Shown here: in pieces, positions 17,808-25,695 of the stretch
Numbering within the stretch: the first letter of the stretch is position 1
Layout of the letters: every line of letters begins with the position of its first letter
NCBI RefSeq assembly: GCF_000022265.1
Contig: NC_011979.1
Coordinates: 3,450,001-3,482,000 of the forward strand
Direction of reading: 5' to 3'
Source: Geotalea daltonii FRC-32
GTDB lineage: Bacteria > Desulfobacterota > Desulfuromonadia > Geobacterales > Geobacteraceae
Length of the DNA: 32,000 bases
Notes under the pieces: generated by a model
The model's input: only the letters and a program-made list of their open reading frames with translations
The model's database searches: none
Told to the model about the DNA's origin: nothing
Program-made: the position numbers and the translations under genes

Positions 17808-18799
17808 AAGCTCTTGTTACCGGCGGTGGCGGGTTTCTCGGCAGCGCCATTGTCCGGCTGCTTATGACCAGGGGCGATGAGGTACGCAGCTTCTCCCGCA
17901 GTGAATACCCGGAGCTTGCACAACTGGGGGTGGAACAGGTGCAGGGGGATCTGGCCGATCAGGACTGCTTGATGGAAGCGGCCTCAGGATGCGACATCAT
18001 CTTCCATGTGGCGGCCCAGGCCGGCATCTGGGGAGATTACGCCGGCTATCACCGAGCCAACGTTACCGGCACGGAAAACATTATCGCCGCCTGCCGTGAG
18101 AACGGCATCAAGCACCTCGTCTACACCGGCTCTCCCAGCGTGATCTTTGACGGACGGGATGTGGAGGGGGGCGACGAGTCCCTCCCCTACCCGGTACATT
18201 TCGAAGCGAATTATCCGAAGACCAAGGCCCTTGCAGAGCAAATGGTCCTGGCGGCCAACGGCCCGGAGCTGGCTACCGTTTCTCTCCGGCCGCACCTGAT
18301 CTGGGGGCCCGGGGACAATCACCTGGTGCCGCGGATCATCGCCCGCGCCAAAGCAGGCAAGCTGCGCCGCATCGGCAACCGCCACTGTCTGGTGGACACG
18401 GTCTACGTGGACAACGCCGCCCAGGCCCATCTGCTCGCCGCCGACCGCCTCACCCATGACAGCCCCATAGGGGGCAAGTCCTACTTCATTTCCAACGGCC
18501 AGCCGATCCCCCTCTGGGAGATGGTCAATGCCATCCTTGACGCCGCAGGACTGCCGCCGGTGACGCGAACCATCCCGCCACAGGCCGCCTATGCCATAGG
18601 AGCGCTCTGCGAGCAACTATGGAAATTCCTCCCCATGAAAGGCGAGCCCCCCATGACCCGCTTTGTCGCCAAAGAGCTTTCCACCGCCCACTGGTTCGAC
18701 ATTTCCGCCGCCCGTCGTGATCTGGGTTATCAGCCGGAAATAAGTATTGCCGAAGGGCTGAAACGCCTGAAAACCTGGCTCTCCGAAAGGGAGGCGTAA
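17804..18799 (+). CDS. oleD: OleD, NAD(P)H-dependent short-chain dehydrogenase (3-beta-HSD / epimerase-dehydratase family), 2-alkyl-3-ketoalkanoate reductase
   Basis: 331 aa. It has the N-terminal Rossmann motif VTGGGGFLGSAIV, a YPKTK catalytic motif (YxxxK), and the typical position after oleC. Confidence 0.88.
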   Translation: MKALVTGGGGFLGSAIVRLLMTRGDEVRSFSRSEYPELAQLGVEQVQGDLADQDCLMEAASGCDIIFHVAAQAGIWGDYAGYHRANVTGTENIIAACRENGIKHLVYTGSPSVIFDGRDVEGGDESLPYPVHFEANYPKTKALAEQMVLAANGPELATVSLRPHLIWGPGDNHLVPRIIARAKAGKLRRIGNRHCLVDTVYVDNAAQAHLLAADRLTHDSPIGGKSYFISNGQPIPLWEMVNAILDAAGLPPVTRTIPPQAAYAIGALCEQLWKFLPMKGEPPMTRFVAKELSTAHWFDISAARRDLGYQPEISIAEGLKRLKTWLSEREA

Positions 18800-18804
18800 G
18801 ATCC

Positions 18805-19506
18805 ATGCCCCTTGCCCATGGAGAAGTGCATGTCTGTTTTTATTCCCTGGATGTTGAAAGTGCGGAACTGCAGCGACTTGAGCAGCTGTTGTCTGCCGAT
18901 GAGCTGGCACGGGCAAAACGGACCCTCAACCGGACGGTACGAAACAGGTTCATAGCCGGACGGGGGACTCTCCGCCGCATTCTCGCCCGATATCTGGAGA
19001 AAGAACCGGAGAGTGTGGTCTTTGCCGAAGGGGAACAGGGCAAACCGTATCTGGCCGACCGGGCTGAGCATCAAAGGCTCCGTTTCAACCTGACCCATAA
19101 GCATGAGCGGGCTGCTCTTGCCGTCAGCGGAGGCTCTGAGCTGGGAATAGACCTTGAAGAGCTGCAGGAGACCATTCCCTTTTGCAGGATGGCGGAACGT
19201 TTTTTTCTCTCAAAGGAAAGCGAGGAACTGTCGAGCCTGCCTCATGAACAGCAGCTGGCCGCTTTTTACCGCTGCTGGACCAGGAAAGAAGCCTATCTGA
19301 AAGGACTCGGCACCGGCCTGACCCGCCCGGCGAACAGTTTCGGCGTTTCTCTCCTCCCAGGCCAGCCACCAATCCTCGACGATCTACAGTATCCGGAGCT
19401 TGGCCGAAAATGGACTCTCCATGACATCGGCGTTCCGGTGGGCTACTGCGCAGCCCTGGCCATGGAAGGGAAGCCTGCTGCTTTAACCTGCTTTCCCTGG
19501 ACCTGA
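18805..19506 (+). CDS. pfaE: Sfp-type 4'-phosphopantetheinyl transferase (PfaE-like), presumably activating the four PfaA ACPs
   Basis: 233 aa. Motifs are GKPYL, FNLTH, GIDLEE and WTRKEAYLKGLGTG. The RBS GGGAGG lies upstream, and the gene starts 5 nt after the oleD stop. Confidence 0.85.
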   Translation: MPLAHGEVHVCFYSLDVESAELQRLEQLLSADELARAKRTLNRTVRNRFIAGRGTLRRILARYLEKEPESVVFAEGEQGKPYLADRAEHQRLRFNLTHKHERAALAVSGGSELGIDLEELQETIPFCRMAERFFLSKESEELSSLPHEQQLAAFYRCWTRKEAYLKGLGTGLTRPANSFGVSLLPGQPPILDDLQYPELGRKWTLHDIGVPVGYCAALAMEGKPAALTCFPWT

Positions 19507-19510
19507 CATT

Positions 19511-21079
19511 CTATTTCCCCCGCATCACATCCTCTATCTCAGCCGGCGCCGGGCGTTTGCTGAAGGCGTTTGTCCGCCTTGCCTCCGCCTCCATCTGCCC
19601 CAGGACCGATAGGAGATGATCCGCTGTGGTGATCCGGTAAAACCTGCCTATTTTCGATTCAAGACCCGAGATATCGCTTTTCCCGGGAAAGACGACCAGC
19701 CCGTACACCGGCAATTGGGGCAACCGTCCCTTCACCATGTTCATCAGGTTCATCACATAGTCACGCACCTGGTGATAGGGGTTTTCTCCCCAGTCCCCTT
19801 TAACTTCGACTGTTTGGTTACCGCTCCCCCGGCAGAGCCATTTGGAATTCTCCACCGAGCCTTCCGCTTCAATGGCGCCGAAGTAGCCCTTTGCCTCAAT
19901 GACAATCAGGCAGTCCTTGCTGATGACGATACAGTCGATAAAGCGGCTCCCCCTGTTGCCCGTTGCCACGTCGAACTGACTCACCACCCGCCAATGGCCG
20001 CTTTTGGCCTGGGGACTGTCGGCGACGATCCTGATCACCTGCTGTTCGAAAGCTGTGCCAGTCTTTGTACCGATGGCGCTGGAAAGGGTCTTGGAAGCCT
20101 CCACCTTGTCCCGCCCCACCGCCTTTTTATATTTCTCCACCTCTATCTGCAGCTGTTCCTTTTCAACCCTGGTCAGGTCAAGCTGTTCTTCAAATAGTTT
20201 GGACTGCCGGTTGTTTTCCTCTTCCAGATCCCTGATGATGCTCTCGGCAGCCTCGCGGTATTCCACCACATCCTTCAGCCTTTGCTCAAGCCCCCTGATA
20301 CGTCCGATGTAGGTTTCAAACTGCCTGCTGAACCGTAGTTGTTGATCCTCAATCTGACGCCCCTTCTCCTCCAGCTGGGCTACGTAAGTGTCGGCATCCT
20401 TGACCAACTCAGCCTCACGCTGCCGGGCATTGCGCAGCTCTATTCGTCTGATCTTTAGGAAAAGCTCCAGGAGCAGCCAGATGAATATCCCCCCCATGAG
20501 ACAGGAGGTCATGGTTGCCAGATATCGCCGCCACAGCTCGTTATCCCGGAAGGGATCATGCAACCATTGCCGGTAGTCTTCACTGAAAGAAGGAATGGTG
20601 CTGATGGAATAGACGCGCCCAATGATCTGGCCACTATGTCCGGCTTTGCCGTCCATCTGCTGCAGCAGCTGGAGAACGGATGAGGACGGTCTGCGGAGCA
20701 CTATATACGGATAGTTGAGCAGGTCTGTTGCATCAATGGGCTTATTTGGAATCAAGCCGGGACTTGTCCGAAAGAGAATGTTCTGCCCGCTGCAGTTTTC
20801 CTCGCCGGTCCTGCAGTCGGTTATCACCAGGGCGTAGATGCTGTAATTGCGATCCAGGAGCTCCTGCAGCTTGCCATGGTTTCCCTCCAGCAGAAGACTT
20901 GAGAGGAGGTTTGCATTCAGACCCATTCGGGCTTCCGCATGGACCTTGATCATGGTTTTGCCAAGGTAATCGGAAAAATTGCGGCCATTGAGGTAATTGG
21001 CCATGAGAACGGCAAGATAGAGGATGATGCAAAGCCTGATGCCGCTGTATGCCAGCTGTTTCAGCAACGCCTTCGACAT
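19511..21079 (-). CDS. Membrane-anchored coiled-coil protein with a C-terminal NERD (nuclease-related) domain
   Basis: 522 aa. Hydrophobic helices lie at about aa 13-29 and 188-209, flanking a roughly 160-aa loop. A heptad-rich E/K/R/Q segment spans about aa 212-325. The C-terminal NERD-like core is FIDCIVISKDCLIVIEAKGYFG. The gene is convergent with the PPTase gene, with 4 nt between the two stops. Confidence 0.7.
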   Translation of the reverse strand: MSKALLKQLAYSGIRLCIILYLAVLMANYLNGRNFSDYLGKTMIKVHAEARMGLNANLLSSLLLEGNHGKLQELLDRNYSIYALVITDCRTGEENCSGQNILFRTSPGLIPNKPIDATDLLNYPYIVLRRPSSSVLQLLQQMDGKAGHSGQIIGRVYSISTIPSFSEDYRQWLHDPFRDNELWRRYLATMTSCLMGGIFIWLLLELFLKIRRIELRNARQREAELVKDADTYVAQLEEKGRQIEDQQLRFSRQFETYIGRIRGLEQRLKDVVEYREAAESIIRDLEEENNRQSKLFEEQLDLTRVEKEQLQIEVEKYKKAVGRDKVEASKTLSSAIGTKTGTAFEQQVIRIVADSPQAKSGHWRVVSQFDVATGNRGSRFIDCIVISKDCLIVIEAKGYFGAIEAEGSVENSKWLCRGSGNQTVEVKGDWGENPYHQVRDYVMNLMNMVKGRLPQLPVYGLVVFPGKSDISGLESKIGRFYRITTADHLLSVLGQMEAEARRTNAFSKRPAPAEIEDVMRGK

Positions 21080-21154
21080 GTGATAGCCCTGACTCTATTT
21101 GGATTTCAGCGGCTCATAGTTTACCAGTTTTTCGCTCGAATACTCCTTCAGCCA

Positions 21155-21194
21155 CAAATTAAAATCGCCGTGACGAAGGGTCCGCCACGGCGAA
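21155..21194 (-). terminator. Rho-independent terminator downstream of the OmcS-like gene
   Basis: The minus-strand RNA reads TCGCCGTG-GCGGACCCTTCGT-CACGGCGA. The 8-bp GC-rich stem can be extended by inner pairs and is followed directly by TTTTAATTT. It lies 27 nt after the stop at 21220-21222. Confidence 0.75.
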
Positions 21195-21219
21195 GAGAGA
21201 TAAAACATCATCCTTCAGG

Positions 21220-22443
21220 TCAATCCCGTGCATGGCACTTGTTGCACAACTGCCGCTGAAAGGTGGCAAATTGTGCCGGGTCCCGATTGTACATGGCTGC
21301 CTTGTACTCAGTTCTCAGCTTGCCGGTGGAATTTTCCCCTTCCTTCCCCTTGCCGCCTGCGTCAATGCCCGGGTATTCTCCCCCAACGGTGATAAAGGTC
21401 CCTTTCATATTCCACCTGCCAATGCCGTCCCAACCGGAGGCGTGGGCGCGATGGCAGCTAAGGCATGTCACCCGGTCGTCGGGATTGGGGCCGTTGCTGG
21501 AGGTAAGCTCCGCAGCCAGCTGTTGAGGATCGGTTGTTTCGGTTGTCTGGAACGGTACCAGTGAAGTGTAGGCATTGGCCTGGATGCCGCTCAGATCGCC
21601 AGACTTGATGTAATTGTTGTAGACTCCGGCAATGGGGCCGAGCTCTGCGTCGGATGGGTGGACATGGCTCATGCTGCTCCCCTGCAGGAATGCCTCATGG
21701 CAGTTGGCGCACCACTTGGACACCCCTTTGCCATAGGCGACCCGGGTATCCCTGCCACTTTCGGGGCGGTTGTACTCCTTGGGAGCGACGGCAATGGGGG
21801 GATCATGGGCAAAAACATGGCTGGTTCCCCCGGCTTGGTAACCCTTGCCTGCCAGGAGGCGATAGCTGCCGACAGCTCCATTGGCGGTGGGGACGGCACC
21901 ATATGAACCGGATTCGCCGATGGGATTTATGTCGGTGGCGATGGTGCCGTAAACATCCACCAGCCGGTAATTTCCATGGGGATCATGGCAGCTGATGCAA
22001 GAGAGTGACTGGGCGGGATAACTGCCACCTGGCGAGACATGAAGGGTGCTGTCCCCCACATAGCCATAGGCCGCGGCAACGATGTTGTGCCCATGCCTTT
22101 CACCGGGACTGCTCCCCCCGGTGCCGTTGGTATTGACCCAGCTGTAGTTTTTTTTCACGTAGGCGAAGTCTCCACCCGGAGTCATGGCTTTGGGTGCAAG
22201 CCCCCTGGCCGGGGCCGGCTCTGTGGCTATCTGGTGTGCCTGGGGGTTCGGAGCACCATGGCAGCGCAGACAGGTGGAGCTGGGATCAGGACCGAGAAGA
22301 GAGGTATAGTTGGTGTCTGCCCCCCTTGAGCCGTGGCAGCCTTCGCAGGCACCAGTGTGCCCTCCATGGAATTTTTCTGCCCAGCCGGAGCCTGCAGTGG
22401 TCAGGATCAAGGCAATTGTTGTCAGGATGCCCGTGATACCCAT
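21220..22443 (-). CDS. omcS: OmcS-family hexaheme c-type cytochrome (extracellular filament / nanowire-type subunit)
   Basis: 407 aa with a signal peptide (…TTAGSGWA/EK). The six CxxCH motifs are CEGCH, CLRCH, CISCH, CANCH, CLSCH and CNKCH. Long blocks match the G. sulfurreducens OmcS sequence as I recall it: FHGGxxxxCEGCH, MTPGGDF.YVKK.Y.W, GER.GHNIVA, SCHDPHG.YR, RVAYG.G.S.WCANCH, Y.KSGDL.G.QA.AY.SL.PF, CLSCHRAHASG and LCNKCHA.D at the C-terminus. Confidence 0.85.
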   Translation of the reverse strand: MGITGILTTIALILTTAGSGWAEKFHGGHTGACEGCHGSRGADTNYTSLLGPDPSSTCLRCHGAPNPQAHQIATEPAPARGLAPKAMTPGGDFAYVKKNYSWVNTNGTGGSSPGERHGHNIVAAAYGYVGDSTLHVSPGGSYPAQSLSCISCHDPHGNYRLVDVYGTIATDINPIGESGSYGAVPTANGAVGSYRLLAGKGYQAGGTSHVFAHDPPIAVAPKEYNRPESGRDTRVAYGKGVSKWCANCHEAFLQGSSMSHVHPSDAELGPIAGVYNNYIKSGDLSGIQANAYTSLVPFQTTETTDPQQLAAELTSSNGPNPDDRVTCLSCHRAHASGWDGIGRWNMKGTFITVGGEYPGIDAGGKGKEGENSTGKLRTEYKAAMYNRDPAQFATFQRQLCNKCHARD

Positions 22444-22582
22444 TTTTTCCCCCTTGATGTTACCCTGTTACTTCAGACATAGCTTGAGTAACAGTATCGG
22501 TAACCGGGGGAAAACCTTTACCACAATCGATTTAAGCGAATCTAATAACGTACTGCAGTCCTGCAGGGCGAACGATTCGAGG

Positions 22583-22912
22583 TCAGTCTATCCTGTTGTA
22601 AATGGCCTGTTCCCCTTGGCCGGCAAGAACAAAGGTATTGCTCTTTTCCAGCCTGCCGTAAAGGGTTCGGCTATTGCCCATGAAGTTGATGAGCAACTCG
22701 ATCCTCCCGTCCTTGAGCTTTTTCCAGGTGAAGGGAAGACTTGGGTTGTTCTGCACGTTAAAGGTACCGGTGCTGTCTTTCCTGAATTCTACCGTTTCAG
22801 GCATATTTATGTTTTTCCATTTCCCCGTCACATCATTGCCTTGCTTGCAGGCCAGAAAAGACAGGCACACTGCAACTATGATCAACAGTAGGACCGGTTT
22901 CAATGCTTTCAT
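22583..22912 (-). CDS. Small lipoprotein of unknown function (109 aa)
   Basis: The track ORF extends to 23131, but the internal ATG at 22912 has an AAGGAA RBS. It gives MKALKPVLLLIIVAVCLSFLAC, a signal peptide with lipobox. The longer version would overlap the Sel1 gene. Confidence 0.65.
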   Translation of the reverse strand: MKALKPVLLLIIVAVCLSFLACKQGNDVTGKWKNINMPETVEFRKDSTGTFNVQNNPSLPFTWKKLKDGRIELLINFMGNSRTLYGRLEKSNTFVLAGQGEQAIYNRID

Positions 22913-22950
22913 GTAATTTCCTTTTTCAGCCTTGATAAGTACAGTCCCTG

Positions 22951-23466
22951 CTACTTCTCGCTCATCACCTTGAGCAGTTTCCGTGCCTTGCCATGTCCCT
23001 GCCTGGCCGCCTTGCGCAGCCATTTCATCGCTTCCTGCTTGTCCTTTTCCACACCTTCGCCGTTGGTGTACATGAGCCCCAAGTTGAACTGTGACTGGGC
23101 ATGCCCCTTTTCCGCCGCCCTGCGGTACCATTTGGCAGCGGCAGCCATATCCCTGGCAACGCCGTCACCCTTGTCGTACATCATGCCCAGGTTGTACTGG
23201 GCCCGTACCAGACCTTTTTCCGCCGATCGCTGCAGCCATTTCAATGCCTCGGTCTTGTTCGGCTCAACCCCTTCACCCCGAAAGTACATGACGCTCAGCA
23301 CATAGCTGGCATCGGCGCCGCCATCCGCCTTCAGCTCCTTCAGGGCGGTCTGGTATTCCTTTCTCTGGTAGGCATCCAGGCCGGTCTTGAAATCGGCACC
23401 TGCCGTCCCGACAACGGTACAGCAAAGGATAAGACAAACAGCGGCAAACAGTTTGTTGTGCTTCAT
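22951..23466 (-). CDS. Secreted Sel1-like (SLR/TPR-family) repeat protein
   Basis: 171 aa with a signal peptide. It carries three to four Sel1 repeats, for example A.YNLGMMYDKGDGVARDMAAAAKWYRRAAEKGHA.SQFNLGLMYTNGEGVEKD. An AGGAG RBS is present. Confidence 0.85.
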   Translation of the reverse strand: MKHNKLFAAVCLILCCTVVGTAGADFKTGLDAYQRKEYQTALKELKADGGADASYVLSVMYFRGEGVEPNKTEALKWLQRSAEKGLVRAQYNLGMMYDKGDGVARDMAAAAKWYRRAAEKGHAQSQFNLGLMYTNGEGVEKDKQEAMKWLRKAARQGHGKARKLLKVMSEK

Positions 23467-23493
23467 CTGAAATCGCTCCTGTGCTTTTCCTGT

Positions 23494-24396
23494 TTATTTG
23501 ACTGCTTCGAACAACTGTATCCTGCTGTTATCCCGGTCGGCGATGAAGACACTCCCCGAAGGTCCGAGACATATCTGCCCCGGATAATAAAGCAGGCCGT
23601 TTTTTCTCCCCATGCCCAACTGCCTGGCAAGGAAAGAGCCATCCTGGCCGAAGCTCACCAGGGCTCCGCCGTTCTGGTCGACCACCAGGATATTCCCCCG
23701 TGCATCAACGGTAAGGTAACCCGGAAATGATAGGTACTCCCGCAGGTTGTTCACCAATGGGGCAAATTCCTTGGCGGCACCGGAAGCGGCATAGATAATG
23801 CCGTTGGTGCTGTCGGCAAGATAAATGGTTCCTTTGCCGTCAACCGCCAAATCGACCATGAACCCGTAGCCTTTGGGGAAAGGCGCCTGGCTTAAGAATT
23901 TCCCCCCCTGGTCCAGCACCAGCACGCGCTCGGCAAAGATGTCCAGGAGATAGAAGCGCCCTTCGCTGTCGATTTTAAAGGCAGAGGCGATAAAGGCAGG
24001 GGCTGGAACACCCTGAGGGTCAAGATAGCCCTGGAAGGCGCCAGCCTGGCTGATGCGCACGATGCGTCGGGATTTGGCATCAAGGGCATAGATGTCTCCC
24101 TTGGCGGACAACTGGACCCGCACCGGATTGGCCAACTGGGCAGGCCTGAGTTCCGCCCCCCCTTTGACGCTGTCCCCGTCCAGCGTATAGCGCACCAGGC
24201 GGCCATTGCCCGAATCAGCAACCACCAGTGACGAAGCATCGCACGCAACCCCTTCCGGGTTCTTCAGCTCCACCCCTTTCTCGTCGCCGTAGATGGTGGT
24301 CAGATGTTTGATCTTTACCATATCAGCAGCAAAGGACAGGGCTGGAAGGAGCGATATCATGGCCAGAGCCATGGAGAAATATCTGCAGGATATCAT
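23494..24396 (-). CDS. Periplasmic NHL-repeat beta-propeller protein
   Basis: The preferred start is ATG 24396 (RBS GAGGTG), giving the signal peptide MISCRYFSMALAMISLLPALSFA. Repeated NHL-type blades are visible (NGRLVRY, SRRIVRIS, ERVLVLDQGGKF, NGIIYAA, NILVVDQNGGALVSF, NSRIQLFE). There is no CxxCH motif. The start lies 5 nt after the stop of the 16-heme cytochrome gene. Confidence 0.8.
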   Translation of the reverse strand: MISCRYFSMALAMISLLPALSFAADMVKIKHLTTIYGDEKGVELKNPEGVACDASSLVVADSGNGRLVRYTLDGDSVKGGAELRPAQLANPVRVQLSAKGDIYALDAKSRRIVRISQAGAFQGYLDPQGVPAPAFIASAFKIDSEGRFYLLDIFAERVLVLDQGGKFLSQAPFPKGYGFMVDLAVDGKGTIYLADSTNGIIYAASGAAKEFAPLVNNLREYLSFPGYLTVDARGNILVVDQNGGALVSFGQDGSFLARQLGMGRKNGLLYYPGQICLGPSGSVFIADRDNSRIQLFEAVK

Positions 24397-24401
24397 GGTC
24401 T

Positions 24402-25685
24402 TCACCTCTTGAATTGTTCGTGGCACTGGGTGCACAGCTCCGTTGGTGTGGCGAACGGAATGAAGTGCTTGTATTCCGTGCCGTGGGACCGGTGGCAACT
24501 CAGGCATTGCAAGGTGATGTTCTTGTCCCGCGGGTCCTTGAACTTTTCCCCGATGGGATGGGTGGAATGCTTCTGCCAGTCATGGCAGGTGCCGCATAAC
24601 TCGATGATCGAAGGCTGAGAGGTAAGGAACGTGTTGTCCGACGAATGTGGATCATGACAGGACATGCAGTCCCCGTCCTGGATCGGCGGATGCTTGGTCA
24701 GGGACTGCTCCTGGCGCTTGATGGTATCCTTGTGGCACCGGCCGCAGACAGCGATCATATTGTCTTTCAACAGCCCCTTTTTCGGTGCAGCATGGGGATT
24801 GTGGCAGGTAAGACATCCATCCCTGCTCAAAAGCGGCCAGTGCATCTGTTTCTTACCGAAGGTCTTGTTGACCATCTCGTTATGGCATCCCTTGCACAGC
24901 TCATAACCTGGCCGTTTGGTTTTAAGGGGAGTGGCCGAGCCGGATTCCCCATGGCACTGATTGCATTGCTTGTTGGCCACCGGCTTGTGCACGGCATTGA
25001 ACAAGATGCCAGGATTGTTCGAACCGTGGGGGTCATGACAGGAGGTGCAGCGGGCGGTCGCCACCGGGTAGTTCATATGCTGTTTGGCAAAGAGGGGGCG
25101 GTCGGTCTTGTGACAGCCGATGCACAGAGCCGGCACATCGTTTTTCAGCAGATAGCCGTATTTGGCTGAAACGTGGGGATCGTGGCAGTTGAGACAGCCC
25201 TTTGCCACGGGTGCGTGCTTGAATTTTATCTTGACCAGCATGCCGGCCAGATCCTTGTGGCAATCCAGGCACAGTTCATTGCCAGCCTTGAGAAGATTGT
25301 TCTTGTTGGCTGCAGAATGGGGATCATGGCACTTGACGCATTGCCCCTCTGCAACCACCCTGTGGACACTTTTGTCGGTGTCCTGGCCAAGCCTTGCGTG
25401 GCAGGAATAGCAGATATCCTTTGGATCCGAAGCCAGAAGCTTGCCATGGGATGAGGTATGGGGACTGTGGCAGCCGGTACATTCACCCGCTTTGACCGGC
25501 GTATGGATCACCGGCTTTTTCAGCTTTTCCTGGAAATCATTGTGGCAATTGAGGCAGAGCTTGCCGTTGGCGCCCGGTTTCAGCTTGTACTTCAGGGCAT
25601 TGTCCTGGGCTCCCTGCGATAGGGTGGCCGATCCCAGGAAAAAGAGCGTCAACAGGCAGAAAGCCGATGCTGATAGATATTTCAT
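24402..25685 (-). CDS. Periplasmic multiheme c-type cytochrome with 16 CxxCH motifs
   Basis: The preferred start is ATG 25685 (RBS AAGGAG), giving the signal peptide MKYLSASAFCLLTLFFLGSATLSQGA. I counted 16 CxxCH by eye. Most are arranged as paired CxxCH ... CxxCHxPH modules (doubled-CXXCH type). Confidence 0.9.
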   Translation of the reverse strand: MKYLSASAFCLLTLFFLGSATLSQGAQDNALKYKLKPGANGKLCLNCHNDFQEKLKKPVIHTPVKAGECTGCHSPHTSSHGKLLASDPKDICYSCHARLGQDTDKSVHRVVAEGQCVKCHDPHSAANKNNLLKAGNELCLDCHKDLAGMLVKIKFKHAPVAKGCLNCHDPHVSAKYGYLLKNDVPALCIGCHKTDRPLFAKQHMNYPVATARCTSCHDPHGSNNPGILFNAVHKPVANKQCNQCHGESGSATPLKTKRPGYELCKGCHNEMVNKTFGKKQMHWPLLSRDGCLTCHNPHAAPKKGLLKDNMIAVCGRCHKDTIKRQEQSLTKHPPIQDGDCMSCHDPHSSDNTFLTSQPSIIELCGTCHDWQKHSTHPIGEKFKDPRDKNITLQCLSCHRSHGTEYKHFIPFATPTELCTQCHEQFKR

Positions 25686-25695
25686 GATAACTCCT

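Noticed and set aside
19504-21220. A functional link between the pfa-ole hydrocarbon operon and the OmcS locus because they are neighbours.
   Set aside because: The two loci are on opposite strands and converge. They are separated by an unrelated NERD gene, and the OmcS-like gene carries its own terminator. The adjacency may be coincidental and only comparative synteny could say otherwise.
22553-22566. A possible terminator after the small lipoprotein gene (CTGCA-GGAC-TGCAG on the minus strand).
   Set aside because: It has only a 5-bp stem and no adjacent U-tract, which is too weak to call.
22913-23131. N-terminal extensions offered by the ORF track for the small lipoprotein (to 23131), the NHL protein (to 24507), the 16-heme cytochrome (to 25790), the 26-heme cytochrome (to 27720) and the chaperone (to 29543).
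   Set aside because: In each case an internal ATG is preceded by a good Shine-Dalgarno sequence and opens directly into a signal peptide or lipobox. The extensions are basic or Gly-rich, overlap the upstream gene, and lack an RBS.
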